Of a DNA stretch of 64,000 nucleotides, positions 10,169 to 20,126 are shown in pieces; position 1 is the first letter of the stretch; each line of letters begins with the position of its first letter. The stretch spans positions 160,001-224,000 of the forward strand of contig CAWAMW010000007.1 in assembly GCA_963783305.1 (NCBI GenBank), in the 5' to 3' direction. The notes below the pieces were generated by a model. It was not told the DNA's origin. It saw nothing but the letters and a program-made list of their open reading frames with translations, and did no database searches. The translations under genes were made by a program, and so were the position numbers. The DNA is from an uncultured Gemmatimonadales bacterium (GTDB lineage: Bacteria; Gemmatimonadota; Gemmatimonadetes; Longimicrobiales; RSA9).

Positions 10169-11949
10169 CCCGACGCGTCCAGATCCTGCCCGACACCCTG
10201 GCCAACCAGATCGCCGCGGGAGAGGTGGTCGAGCGGCCGGCGTCGGTGGTGAAGGAGCTGGTGGAGAACGCACTGGACGCTGCAGCCCGGCGCGTCGATG
10301 TGGTGATCCGGAACGGGGGGAAGACGGAGATCCGGGTCTCCGACGATGGCCACGGGATGGGCCGCGAGGACGCGCTCCTGGCGCTCGACCGTCACGCCAC
10401 CAGCAAGATCGCGAGCGAGGAAGATCTCCGGGGTGTGCGCACGTTCGGCTTCCGGGGTGAGGCGCTCCCATCCATCGCGAGCGTGGCGCGCCTCACGCTG
10501 GAGACGGCCGAAGCCGGGGGCGTGGGGACGCGCGTCCGGGTTTCGGGTGGGCGCATCATGGGGGCGGAGGACTGTGCACGCCAGCGTGGCACCACCGTCA
10601 CCATCCGGAACCTCTTCTTCAACGTGCCCGCCCGCGCGAAGTTCCTGAAGAGCGCGGCTGTGGAGACCCGGGCCATCGCCGACGACCTGACCGCGCTCGC
10701 ACTCGCCAACCTGTCGGCGGCGTTCCGGCTCGAGTCCAACGGCCGCACCCTGATGGATCTCCCCAGGGCCCGCGACCTGGCCAGTCGCGCCGCGGCCCTC
10801 TGGGGAGAGGGGTTCGGCAGGGCGCTCATCCCGGTTTCCTACAGCATGGACGCGATCGAGGTGGTCGGGCTCGTGGAGCGGCCGGACGCCGCAGTCAGCG
10901 GACCGCGCCGCGTCCACCTCTTCGTGGCGGGCCGACCGTTCCGCGACCGCGGGCTGGTCGCGGCCGCCGAGCGGGGCTACCGCACCACTGTGCCCCAGGG
11001 CGCGAAGCCGTCCATGCTCCTCTACCTGGACGTCCCGGCGGGTGGCGTGGATGTCAACGTCCATCCCTCGAAAGCGGAAGTCCGGTTCGGGAAGCCGGCC
11101 GCCGTCGAGTCTGCCGTGGAGGTGGCCGTGCGCGACGCCATGACCACCGTGGACAGCGCGGCGACCCTGGACCAGCGGGCATCGCCGCCCCAGATCCGCC
11201 GTCCACCGGGGCAGGGGCCGGGCCGTGGAACCGCCGGCAGGAGCGACGCCGGGCCGTCGGCGGGCGACGAGGGGCAGCTGGCCTTCTTCGTGGCCGCCGC
11301 CCCGCGCGGCTCCGCGGAAGCGGCGGGGACCACGGGGGACGCGGCCGAGGCGGCCGGCGTCGATGAGGAGCGCCGGCATGCGCTCTGGCAGATCCACGAC
11401 ACCTACATCGTGGCCGAGACCCGGAGCGGGATCCTCATCATCGACCAGCATTCCGCGCACGAGCGCATCCTCTTCGAGGCGCTGATGCGCGACTTCGACG
11501 CTGGTGGTCGCCCCAGTCAGCGGCTCCTGTTCCCCATCACGCTCCAGCTCTCCCCGGCGGAGTACACGGTGGTGGAGGATACCCAGGCGCTGCTGGAGCA
11601 GACCGGGTTCGAGGCCGAGCCATTTGGTGGCCGCACGGTCATCGTCCATGCCGCTCCGAACCCGCATCCGTGGTTCGACGCCGAGCGCTGCCTGCGGGAG
11701 ATGCTGGCCGAGCTCGCGGAGGGGAGCGAGCTGACGCGCGCGGCGCGGAACCAGTACGAGCGCCTGGCCATGACATTCGCCTGCAAGGGCGCGATCAAGG
11801 CCGGGCAGCGCCTTTCCCGGGACGAGATGCGAGAGCTGTTCGACGACCTCTTCTCGACCGAGCTCCCGTACCACGACGTCCACGGCCGTCCGACCATCGT
11901 CCGGCTCTCGGTGGAGGAGCTGGAGCGGCGTTTCGGACGCCATGGCTGA
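10165..11949 (+). CDS. mutL: DNA mismatch repair protein MutL
   Basis: NQIAAGEVVERPASVVKELVENALDA, RHATSKI, GFRGEAL, DQHSAHERI, ACK, HGRP; ATGA overlap with tatD. Confidence 0.95.
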   Translation: MTRRVQILPDTLANQIAAGEVVERPASVVKELVENALDAAARRVDVVIRNGGKTEIRVSDDGHGMGREDALLALDRHATSKIASEEDLRGVRTFGFRGEALPSIASVARLTLETAEAGGVGTRVRVSGGRIMGAEDCARQRGTTVTIRNLFFNVPARAKFLKSAAVETRAIADDLTALALANLSAAFRLESNGRTLMDLPRARDLASRAAALWGEGFGRALIPVSYSMDAIEVVGLVERPDAAVSGPRRVHLFVAGRPFRDRGLVAAAERGYRTTVPQGAKPSMLLYLDVPAGGVDVNVHPSKAEVRFGKPAAVESAVEVAVRDAMTTVDSAATLDQRASPPQIRRPPGQGPGRGTAGRSDAGPSAGDEGQLAFFVAAAPRGSAEAAGTTGDAAEAAGVDEERRHALWQIHDTYIVAETRSGILIIDQHSAHERILFEALMRDFDAGGRPSQRLLFPITLQLSPAEYTVVEDTQALLEQTGFEAEPFGGRTVIVHAAPNPHPWFDAERCLREMLAELAEGSELTRAARNQYERLAMTFACKGAIKAGQRLSRDEMRELFDDLFSTELPYHDVHGRPTIVRLSVEELERRFGRHG

Positions 11950-12892
11950 CCGGCCGGCTCCGCCCTACCCGGCTCTGGTTCTCACCGGGCCGACCGGCGT
12001 CGGGAAGTCCGCTCTCGGGATCGCCCTCGCCGAGCACATCGGGGGCGAGATCATCTCCGCCGACTCCCGGCAGGTTTACCGCCGCATGGACATCGGCACC
12101 GCCAAGGTCACCCCCGTGGAGCGAGCCCGAGTGCCCCACCACGGACTCGATATTGTGAACCCCGGCGAGCGGTATTCCGCTGGTCGCTTCGCCCGCGACG
12201 CCCGTGGCTGGATCCGCGAGATCCGCGAGCGGGGCAGCACTCCGATCATCGTGGGCGGCACGGGCTTCTTCATCCGAGCACTCACACACCCGTTGTTCGA
12301 GGAGCCGGAAATGGATGACGAGCGCCGGGAGGCGCTCCGGGGCCATCTCTCCGGAGCCGACCCCGAGGTCCTCCGGGCGTGGCTCGGACGCCTGGACCCC
12401 GAGAGCGCCGAGGCGCTGAAGGAGCGGGGCGGAACGCAGCGGATCATGCGGGCGCTGGAGGTCGTGCTCCTCACGGGTCATGCGTTGCCGTGGTGGCAGC
12501 GGAAGCGACCCGCGTCCGCAGCGCCGCTGTCCGCGGATATCTTCGTCCTCGACGTCGCGAGGGAGGGGCTGTACGATCGGATCGACCGCCGTGTGGACGC
12601 CATGATCGAGGCAGGGCTGGTGGACGAGGTGGCGGAACTGCTGGAGGATGGCTACGCTCCCGGCGATCCCGGCATGAACGCCACTGGATACCCTGAGATC
12701 GCGGCTGACCTTCGCGGCGAGCTGTCGCTCGACGAGGCCGTCCGCCGCATCAGGCGCCGAACCCGGGGCTACGCCCGACGGCAGCTGACGTGGTTCAGGA
12801 AACAGCTGCCGGAGGGGGCGGTCTGGCTGGACGGCCGCCTGCCGATCCCGGAACTGGTGGACCAGGTCCTGGAGCAATGGAGCGCCCCTTGA
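11942..12892 (+). CDS. miaA: tRNA dimethylallyltransferase
   Basis: GPTGVGKS, SADSRQVYRRMDIGTAK, VGGTGF, YARRQLTWFR. Confidence 0.95.
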   Translation: MADRPAPPYPALVLTGPTGVGKSALGIALAEHIGGEIISADSRQVYRRMDIGTAKVTPVERARVPHHGLDIVNPGERYSAGRFARDARGWIREIRERGSTPIIVGGTGFFIRALTHPLFEEPEMDDERREALRGHLSGADPEVLRAWLGRLDPESAEALKERGGTQRIMRALEVVLLTGHALPWWQRKRPASAAPLSADIFVLDVAREGLYDRIDRRVDAMIEAGLVDEVAELLEDGYAPGDPGMNATGYPEIAADLRGELSLDEAVRRIRRRTRGYARRQLTWFRKQLPEGAVWLDGRLPIPELVDQVLEQWSAP

Positions 12893-14004
12893 GAATCGGA
12901 ATTACCTGTTATCCCGTCTATGGCGGGTCTGGCGTGGTCGCGACGGAGCTGGGCCTCGAACTGGCTCACCGCGGCCACGAGGTCCACTTCATCACCTACG
13001 CGCAGCCCTTCCGGCTCTCGCGCTTCGTGGAGAACGTCTACTACCACGAGGTGGAGGTGCCCATCTACCCCCTCTTCGAGTACCCGCCCTACTCGCTTGC
13101 ACTGGCGGTGGCCATGCAGAACGCCGCCGAGCGGCGAAGCCTCGATCTCCTGCACGTCCACTATGCCGTCCCCCACGCCACCTCCGCCTGGCTCGCCAAG
13201 GAGCTGCTGGAGGGTCGCGGCCCCCGCGTGGTGACCACGCTCCACGGCACCGACATCACCCTCGTGGGGCGCGATCCGTCCTACCACGCCATAACGCGCT
13301 TCTCCCTCCGGAAGTCCGACGGCATCACGGCGGTCTCGGATTACCTCAAGAAGGAGACGGTGGAGCGCTTCAATGTTCCCGCCGACAGCATCGAGGTGAT
13401 CCCGAACTTCGTGGACCTGAACATCTATCGGCGCGACCTGGAGCCGTGCCATCGCAATCAGTTCGCGCGAGACGATGAGAAGGTCATCATGCACATTTCC
13501 AATTTTCGCTCCGTGAAGCGGGTGACGGATGTGGTGCGGATCTTCAGCCGCGTCAATCGCGAGATGCCGTCACGGCTCGTCTTCATCGGCGACGGCCCTG
13601 AGCGCGGCCACACCCTCCAGGTGGCGGAGGACGAAGGCGTAGGGGACCGGGTGCTCTACCTGGGTAAGCAGGAGTCGGTGGCGGAGATCCTCGCCTGCGC
13701 CGATCTCTTCCTCCTGCCCAGCGACAACGAGGCGTTCGGCCTCGTCGCTCTGGAGGCGATGGCCTGCGGTGTGCCTGTAGTGGGGAGCCACGTGGGCGGC
13801 ATACCGGAGGTCGTGACGCCGCCCGCCGGCATACTGAAGCCCGTGGGAGACGTGGATGCAATGGCCGAGGCAAGTCTCGAGCTGCTGCACCCCGACCGGT
13901 GGGTCGAAGCGTCGACCGCCGCTCGGGCGCGCGCCGCCGTCTTCGCCTCCGAGCACGTGGTCCCGCGCTACGAAGCCTATTACGAGAGGATCCTGAACGC
14001 GTGA
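12877..14004 (+). CDS. bshA: N-acetyl-alpha-D-glucosaminyl L-malate synthase (bacillithiol synthesis)
   Basis: [66 protein letters not shown]. Confidence 0.88.
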   Translation: MERPLRIGITCYPVYGGSGVVATELGLELAHRGHEVHFITYAQPFRLSRFVENVYYHEVEVPIYPLFEYPPYSLALAVAMQNAAERRSLDLLHVHYAVPHATSAWLAKELLEGRGPRVVTTLHGTDITLVGRDPSYHAITRFSLRKSDGITAVSDYLKKETVERFNVPADSIEVIPNFVDLNIYRRDLEPCHRNQFARDDEKVIMHISNFRSVKRVTDVVRIFSRVNREMPSRLVFIGDGPERGHTLQVAEDEGVGDRVLYLGKQESVAEILACADLFLLPSDNEAFGLVALEAMACGVPVVGSHVGGIPEVVTPPAGILKPVGDVDAMAEASLELLHPDRWVEASTAARARAAVFASEHVVPRYEAYYERILNA

Positions 14005-14777
14005 GTTATTTCGACGCCATCATTCTCGGGTTGGTGCAGGGAGTGACCGAGTTCCTGCCTGTCTCGAGCTCCGGCCACCTGGTCATGGCCCAGACCTTCC
14101 TGGGGGTGCCGTCCACCGGAGTCTTCATAGAGGTGGCGCTGCACGTGGCGACGCTGCTCTCCGTCATGATCGTGTACCGGTCCAAGCTCTGGGAGCTGCT
14201 GGTCGGTACCGCGCGCCGCGATCGCAGTGCCCTGCGGTATGTGGGCATGCTCATCATCGCTACCCTCCCCGTTGCGGTCATCGGGCTCCTTTTCCGGGAC
14301 CGCTTCGAGGCGGCATTCGATACCCCCTACGTCACCGGTTTCATGCTCCTGCTCACCGGCGCGATCCTCTACTCCACCACGTGGGCGCTGCGGGAGCAGC
14401 CGGACGATGAGCCTCGTACGAGACACGCGCTCACCATGGGGCTCGCACAGTGTCTGGCGCTGTTCCCCGGCGTGTCCCGCTCCGGGAGCACCATCGCGGC
14501 CGGCCTCTGGATCGGCCTGAATGGCGAGCGCGCTGCGGAGTTCTCGTTCCTCATGTCGCTCCCCGCCATTGCGGGTGCCGCGATTCTGCAGATCCCCGAC
14601 GTGGGGAGCGCCCCCCTTGATGGACCGCTCCTCGCCGGCTTCGCTGCCGCGCTGATCTCCGGTGTGGCCGCCATCAAGTCGCTGGTCTGGCTCGTGAAGA
14701 AGCAGGGCTTCCACTACTTCGCCTGGTACGTCTGGGCCGTCGGGCTGTTCTTCCTCGGCTATCTCTACCTCGGCTGA
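14001..14777 (+). CDS. uppP: Undecaprenyl-diphosphate phosphatase
   Basis: GLVQGVTEFLPVSSSGHL, PGVSRSGSTI, AAEFSFLMS; GTGA overlap with bshA. Confidence 0.93.
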   Translation: MSYFDAIILGLVQGVTEFLPVSSSGHLVMAQTFLGVPSTGVFIEVALHVATLLSVMIVYRSKLWELLVGTARRDRSALRYVGMLIIATLPVAVIGLLFRDRFEAAFDTPYVTGFMLLLTGAILYSTTWALREQPDDEPRTRHALTMGLAQCLALFPGVSRSGSTIAAGLWIGLNGERAAEFSFLMSLPAIAGAAILQIPDVGSAPLDGPLLAGFAAALISGVAAIKSLVWLVKKQGFHYFAWYVWAVGLFFLGYLYLG

Positions 14778-14781
14778 CGCC

Positions 14782-15618
14782 GTGGAGCGCGAGGAGATGG
14801 AGCGCTGGCAGGGCCGCCCCGTACCTGATTGGGCGCGAGAGTGGCGCGTGCCGGAGCTGCGCGTCTTCCGTTCCGTGGGGTCCACCAACGACGTGGCCGC
14901 CGAGATGGCTGTCGCCGGCGCAGCCCAGGGGACGCTCGTCCTCGCCGAAGAGCAGACGAAGGGGCGAGGCCGCCGGGGCAGGGCCTGGACGGCCCGGCAC
15001 GGAGCCAGCCTCTCCATGTCCATGGTGCTCCGCCCGCTCACCCCGGCCGCGAGCCGCATCCTCACGCTCCGCCTCGGCCTGGCCGCCGCCGCGGCCATCG
15101 AGGAGACCCTCCCGCTGAACGTCGCGCTGAAATGGCCGAACGACCTGGTCGTGGACGGACGCAAGCTGGGCGGGATCCTCTGCGAAGCGAGCCTGGCGGA
15201 GGACCGCGTCCACCACGTCGTCGCGGGGATCGGCCTCAATCTCCGGCGCCCCGATGGCGGCTGGTCCCCGGAGCTCGCCGGACGAGCCATCTCCATGGAG
15301 GAAGCGATCGCCGACTCGGCGCCGACCGCTTCCACTCCGCCCCGGCTGGAGCCGGCCCCACTGGTCGCGCGGATCGCAGCGCACTGGCAGGCCGTCACGG
15401 CGGACCCGCGCGACGTCCTTTCCGAAAGCGAGCGCGACCGCTTCCGGGCGCGAGATGCACTGCGGGGAAGGCGAGTCGCCGTGAACGGTCGCGCCGCCGG
15501 CACGGCTGAAGGTCTTACCCCCGCCGGGGCGCTCCGTCTCCGCGGAGATGACGGCTGGGCCGAGATCACCGCCGGCTCGGTGAGGGCTACGGAAACCATG
15601 ACGGGAGAGAGCGCATGA
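14782..15618 (+). CDS. birA: Biotin--protein ligase (no N-terminal HTH)
   Basis: STND, AEEQTKGRGRRGRAW, KWPND, KLGGIL, GIGLN. Confidence 0.92.
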   Translation: MEREEMERWQGRPVPDWAREWRVPELRVFRSVGSTNDVAAEMAVAGAAQGTLVLAEEQTKGRGRRGRAWTARHGASLSMSMVLRPLTPAASRILTLRLGLAAAAAIEETLPLNVALKWPNDLVVDGRKLGGILCEASLAEDRVHHVVAGIGLNLRRPDGGWSPELAGRAISMEEAIADSAPTASTPPRLEPAPLVARIAAHWQAVTADPRDVLSESERDRFRARDALRGRRVAVNGRAAGTAEGLTPAGALRLRGDDGWAEITAGSVRATETMTGESA

Positions 15619-16388
15619 TCCTGACTTTCGACATCGGCAACACCGAGACGGTCCTCGGCATTTTCGACGGCGAAGAGCTGGTCGGCCACTGGCGCCTGTC
15701 CACGCACCCGGAACGGACCGTCGACGAGTACGGACTCCTCCTCCGATCCATCCTCAGGGAAAGCGAGCTGCCCCCCGCCGCTATCCAGGGCGCTGTCCTC
15801 GCCTCCGTCGTGCCGCCCCTCACGCACGCGCTCTCCAGCGCCTGCTCCCGGCACCTCGGGCAGCACCCCGTCCTCGTAGAAGCCGGCTCCGACCTGCCCG
15901 TCCACCTCGACGTCGATGAACCGCTCTCTGTCGGCGCCGATCGCATCGCCAACACCCTCGCCGCCGCTCGACTCTACCACACCGATACCATTGTGGTGGA
16001 CCTCGGCACCGCCACCACCTTCGATTGCATCAGCGCCGACGCCACGTTTCTCGGCGGCATCATTGCGCCCGGCATTCGAACCGGCGCCGAGACCCTTACC
16101 CGCAGGACCGCCAAGCTCCCCCGCGTCGACCTCGACCCCCCGGCTCGCGTCATCGGCCGCCGCACCGACACCGCTCTCCAAAGCGGCATCTTCTTCGGCG
16201 CCGTCGAATCCATCGACGGGATCGTTCGCAGGATAAAGGAGGAGTGGGAAAGCGATCCCCTCGTCGTCGCCACCGGCGGCCTCGCCCGTTTCCTGGCGCC
16301 CCACTGCGCGTCCATCGATCGCGTCGAACCGTTCCTCACGCTCCACGGCCTCCGCTTCGTCTGGCAGGAACGACGCACAGGGCCCTGA
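15615..16388 (+). CDS. coaX: Type III pantothenate kinase
   Basis: DIGNT, SVVP, GADR, VDLGTATTFD, GGIIAPG, ATGG, LTLHGL. Confidence 0.93.
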   Translation: MILTFDIGNTETVLGIFDGEELVGHWRLSTHPERTVDEYGLLLRSILRESELPPAAIQGAVLASVVPPLTHALSSACSRHLGQHPVLVEAGSDLPVHLDVDEPLSVGADRIANTLAAARLYHTDTIVVDLGTATTFDCISADATFLGGIIAPGIRTGAETLTRRTAKLPRVDLDPPARVIGRRTDTALQSGIFFGAVESIDGIVRRIKEEWESDPLVVATGGLARFLAPHCASIDRVEPFLTLHGLRFVWQERRTGP

Positions 16389-16592
16389 GACCCCTACGGC
16401 CCTGAACCCCCCAGTCTCTGAGACGCACCGGCGAGGCACGGGCAGCGGCCCGCCGCCCCCGCCGCCATGCGCCCGGACATCGACCCCCGCAGTGGCGACC
16501 ATGGCCCTGCCGGATCGGCGCGCTTCGTTCTGCCGTTCTGACAACGGGGTGGGGCATGAGGCCTGCACCATCTGAGCTCTGGATGGCGGGCC

Positions 16593-16621
16593 TTGACACC
16601 GGTCGAGCGCCGCCCTACCGT
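16593..16621 (+). promoter_or_regulatory. sigma70 promoter of groESL
   Basis: TTGACA-17 nt-TACCGT immediately upstream of the CIRCE. Confidence 0.7.
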
Positions 16622-16631
16622 TGGGGTCTGA

Positions 16632-16658
16632 TTAGCACTCGATTACATTGAGTGCTAA
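16632..16658 (+). promoter_or_regulatory. CIRCE operator (HrcA binding site)
   Basis: Exact TTAGCACTC-N9-GAGTGCTAA upstream of groES. Confidence 0.97.
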
Positions 16659-16711
16659 CAACGACCGACCGTTGGACACACACTGAACCCTACAACACTG
16701 GAGGACATCCT

Positions 16712-17017
16712 ATGGCCACTGCTTCCGCGGTGAACATCAAGCCGTTGGCGGATCGCGTGGTGGTGAAGCCGCTCGATGACGCGCAGGAGACGAAGGGCGG
16801 TCTCTACATCCCCGACACGGCGAAAGAGAAGCCTCAGCAGGGCGAGATCATGGCGGTGGGCCCGGGTCGTGTGAGCGACAATGGCGCCCGGATCGACATG
16901 GAGCTGAGCAAGGGCGACAAGGTTCTGTACGGGAAGTACAGCGGGACCGAGGTCACCGTGGGCGGTGAGGAGTACCTGATCCTGCGGGAGACGGACGTCC
17001 TGGCGGTGATCGGCTGA
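16712..17017 (+). CDS. groES: Co-chaperonin GroES
   Basis: [42 protein letters not shown]. Confidence 0.97.
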   Translation: MATASAVNIKPLADRVVVKPLDDAQETKGGLYIPDTAKEKPQQGEIMAVGPGRVSDNGARIDMELSKGDKVLYGKYSGTEVTVGGEEYLILRETDVLAVIG

Positions 17018-17042
17018 GCCGACGTCGAGACTGATCGACTGA

Positions 17043-18716
<1,674 letters not shown>

Positions 18717-18745
18717 TCCAGAGCCGATTCGCCCGTGAGGGTGCG

Positions 18746-18779
18746 AGCCCCTGTCGTCCGCTGGACGGCGGGGGCTTTC
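18746..18779 (+). terminator. Putative groESL terminator hairpin
   Basis: AGCCCCTGTCGTCC-GCT-GGACGGCGGGGGCT then TTC. Confidence 0.6.
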
Positions 18780-18794
18780 GGCATCCAGCCGGCC

Positions 18795-18949
18795 CGGCAG
18801 GTCGAGGGTCTACCCCTGCGGCCGGTCCACAGATCGATAGCGAGGCCGAAGGCCAAAGCGTTCTATAGCGAGCGCAGCGAAGCGTTCGACAGGGAGCGCA
18901 GCGACCGTTCGACAGGGAGCGCAGCGACCGTTCGCCGGCGCGCTCCCTG
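18795..18949. repeat. REP-like intergenic repeat element, copy 1 (four 23-28 bp units)
   Basis: GATAGCGAGGCCGAAGGCCAAAGCGTTC / TATAGCGAGCGCAGCGAAGCGTTC / 2x GACAGGGAGCGCAGCGACCGTTC; 24 bp identical to 26044-26067. Confidence 0.85.
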
Positions 18950-19033
18950 ATTTCGCCAACCTCTAAAGCTCCCGTCGCCCCCGGCCGATACTGTCCTCGA
19001 AGCTGGATGACGAAGACCCACGTGAGGAATGGC

Positions 19034-20095
19034 ATGGAGCAGAAGAGGCGGATCCTGGTGGTCGAGGACGAGGCGCCGGTACGGGAGCTCATCGCCCGCC
19101 ACCTGGAGGGACGAGGCTACGAGGTGGCGCAGGCCTCCGATGCGGAGCAGGTCCTGCTCCGCATGTCCCGGGACCGTGAGCCCTTCGACCTGGTCCTGAC
19201 CGACATCCACCTTCCCGGCCTGTCGGGGGTGGAGCTGCTGCGACTGCTGTTGACGCACTCGCCCCTCCGTCCCGTCATCATGATCACCGGCGATTCCGAC
19301 GAAAAGCTGGCTCGCAAGGCGCTCAACTACGGCGCGGCCGGGTACCTGCTCAAGCCGTTCCAGCTCTTCGAGCTCGAGGCGGCCGTCCAGCAGGCGGTTT
19401 CGCGCCTCCAGCTGGTGGAAGCCGCGGAGTCTCTGGCCCGTTCCGATGCACGCGACCTCCCGGAGGCCGGCAGCCATGGGGGCGTGATTCCCACGGCCTG
19501 GCTCGAGCTGGCGGACCGGCGCTCCTCGGCGGGGCCCGGGCATGGCTACCGCGTGGCGCGGATAGTCGGATCCCTTGCCTCGGCGGTGGACGCCGAGATC
19601 GACCCGGCGGAGCGCAGCGCGCTCGACATGGCCGCCCGATCCCACGAGCTCGGCCGTTTGCTCGGTCCTGCCGCGAGTGCCGCGGAGCTCGCCAGCCGCA
19701 CGGCGCAGCTGCTCTACGACCTGGGCGTCGAGTCGCGCGTGCTGCGGGTGATCAATCACATGCGGGAGCGGTGGAACGGCAGCGGGGGGCCTCACGGCAT
19801 TGACGGGGAAGATATCCCCCTTGCCTCACGGCTCGTCGCTCTGGCGGACGCGGTGGACCACGCGGCGGTCGTCCACCTGGACTCGGGGCTCGACCCGGCG
19901 GCCGCCGTGGAGGCCGCCGTGACCGAGGTCCAGTCGAACGCCGAGCTCGCCTACGGCCCGCAGGTGGCCAATGCGCTGGTGACCGCGAGCAGTGTCGTGG
20001 AGGCGATCTGGGTGCTGGCGCGAGGGCCGGCGGAAGACAGCTTCGGGGCCGCCGAAAGCAGGGCTCTGGTGAGCCCGGAGGGGTTCCCCGCCTGA
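19034..20095 (+). CDS. Response regulator with degenerate HD-GYP-like domain
   Basis: REC (VEDE, LTD, TG, KPF); output domain has HGYRVA, RSHELGR, MRERWNGSGGPHG; alternative start at 19007. Confidence 0.8.
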   Translation: MEQKRRILVVEDEAPVRELIARHLEGRGYEVAQASDAEQVLLRMSRDREPFDLVLTDIHLPGLSGVELLRLLLTHSPLRPVIMITGDSDEKLARKALNYGAAGYLLKPFQLFELEAAVQQAVSRLQLVEAAESLARSDARDLPEAGSHGGVIPTAWLELADRRSSAGPGHGYRVARIVGSLASAVDAEIDPAERSALDMAARSHELGRLLGPAASAAELASRTAQLLYDLGVESRVLRVINHMRERWNGSGGPHGIDGEDIPLASRLVALADAVDHAAVVHLDSGLDPAAAVEAAVTEVQSNAELAYGPQVANALVTASSVVEAIWVLARGPAEDSFGAAESRALVSPEGFPA

Positions 20096-20126
20096 GCACC
20101 CGCCGACGGCCGGACCGGGTTTGCGC

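Noticed and set aside
16552..16567. sigma54-like site upstream of groES (GGGCATGAGGCCTGCA)
   Set aside because: Poor match at -12, and the sigma70 promoter plus CIRCE already explain the locus.
13980..16571. Long antisense ORFs (863 aa here; also 34088-36400, 28452-30806, 43621-45693 and others)
   Set aside because: Shadow frames of well-supported genes in high-GC DNA, with no recognisable motifs.
18836..18933. 23-24 bp repeats as a CRISPR array (also 26049-26145)
   Set aside because: Units are directly abutting with no unique spacers, and there are no cas genes.
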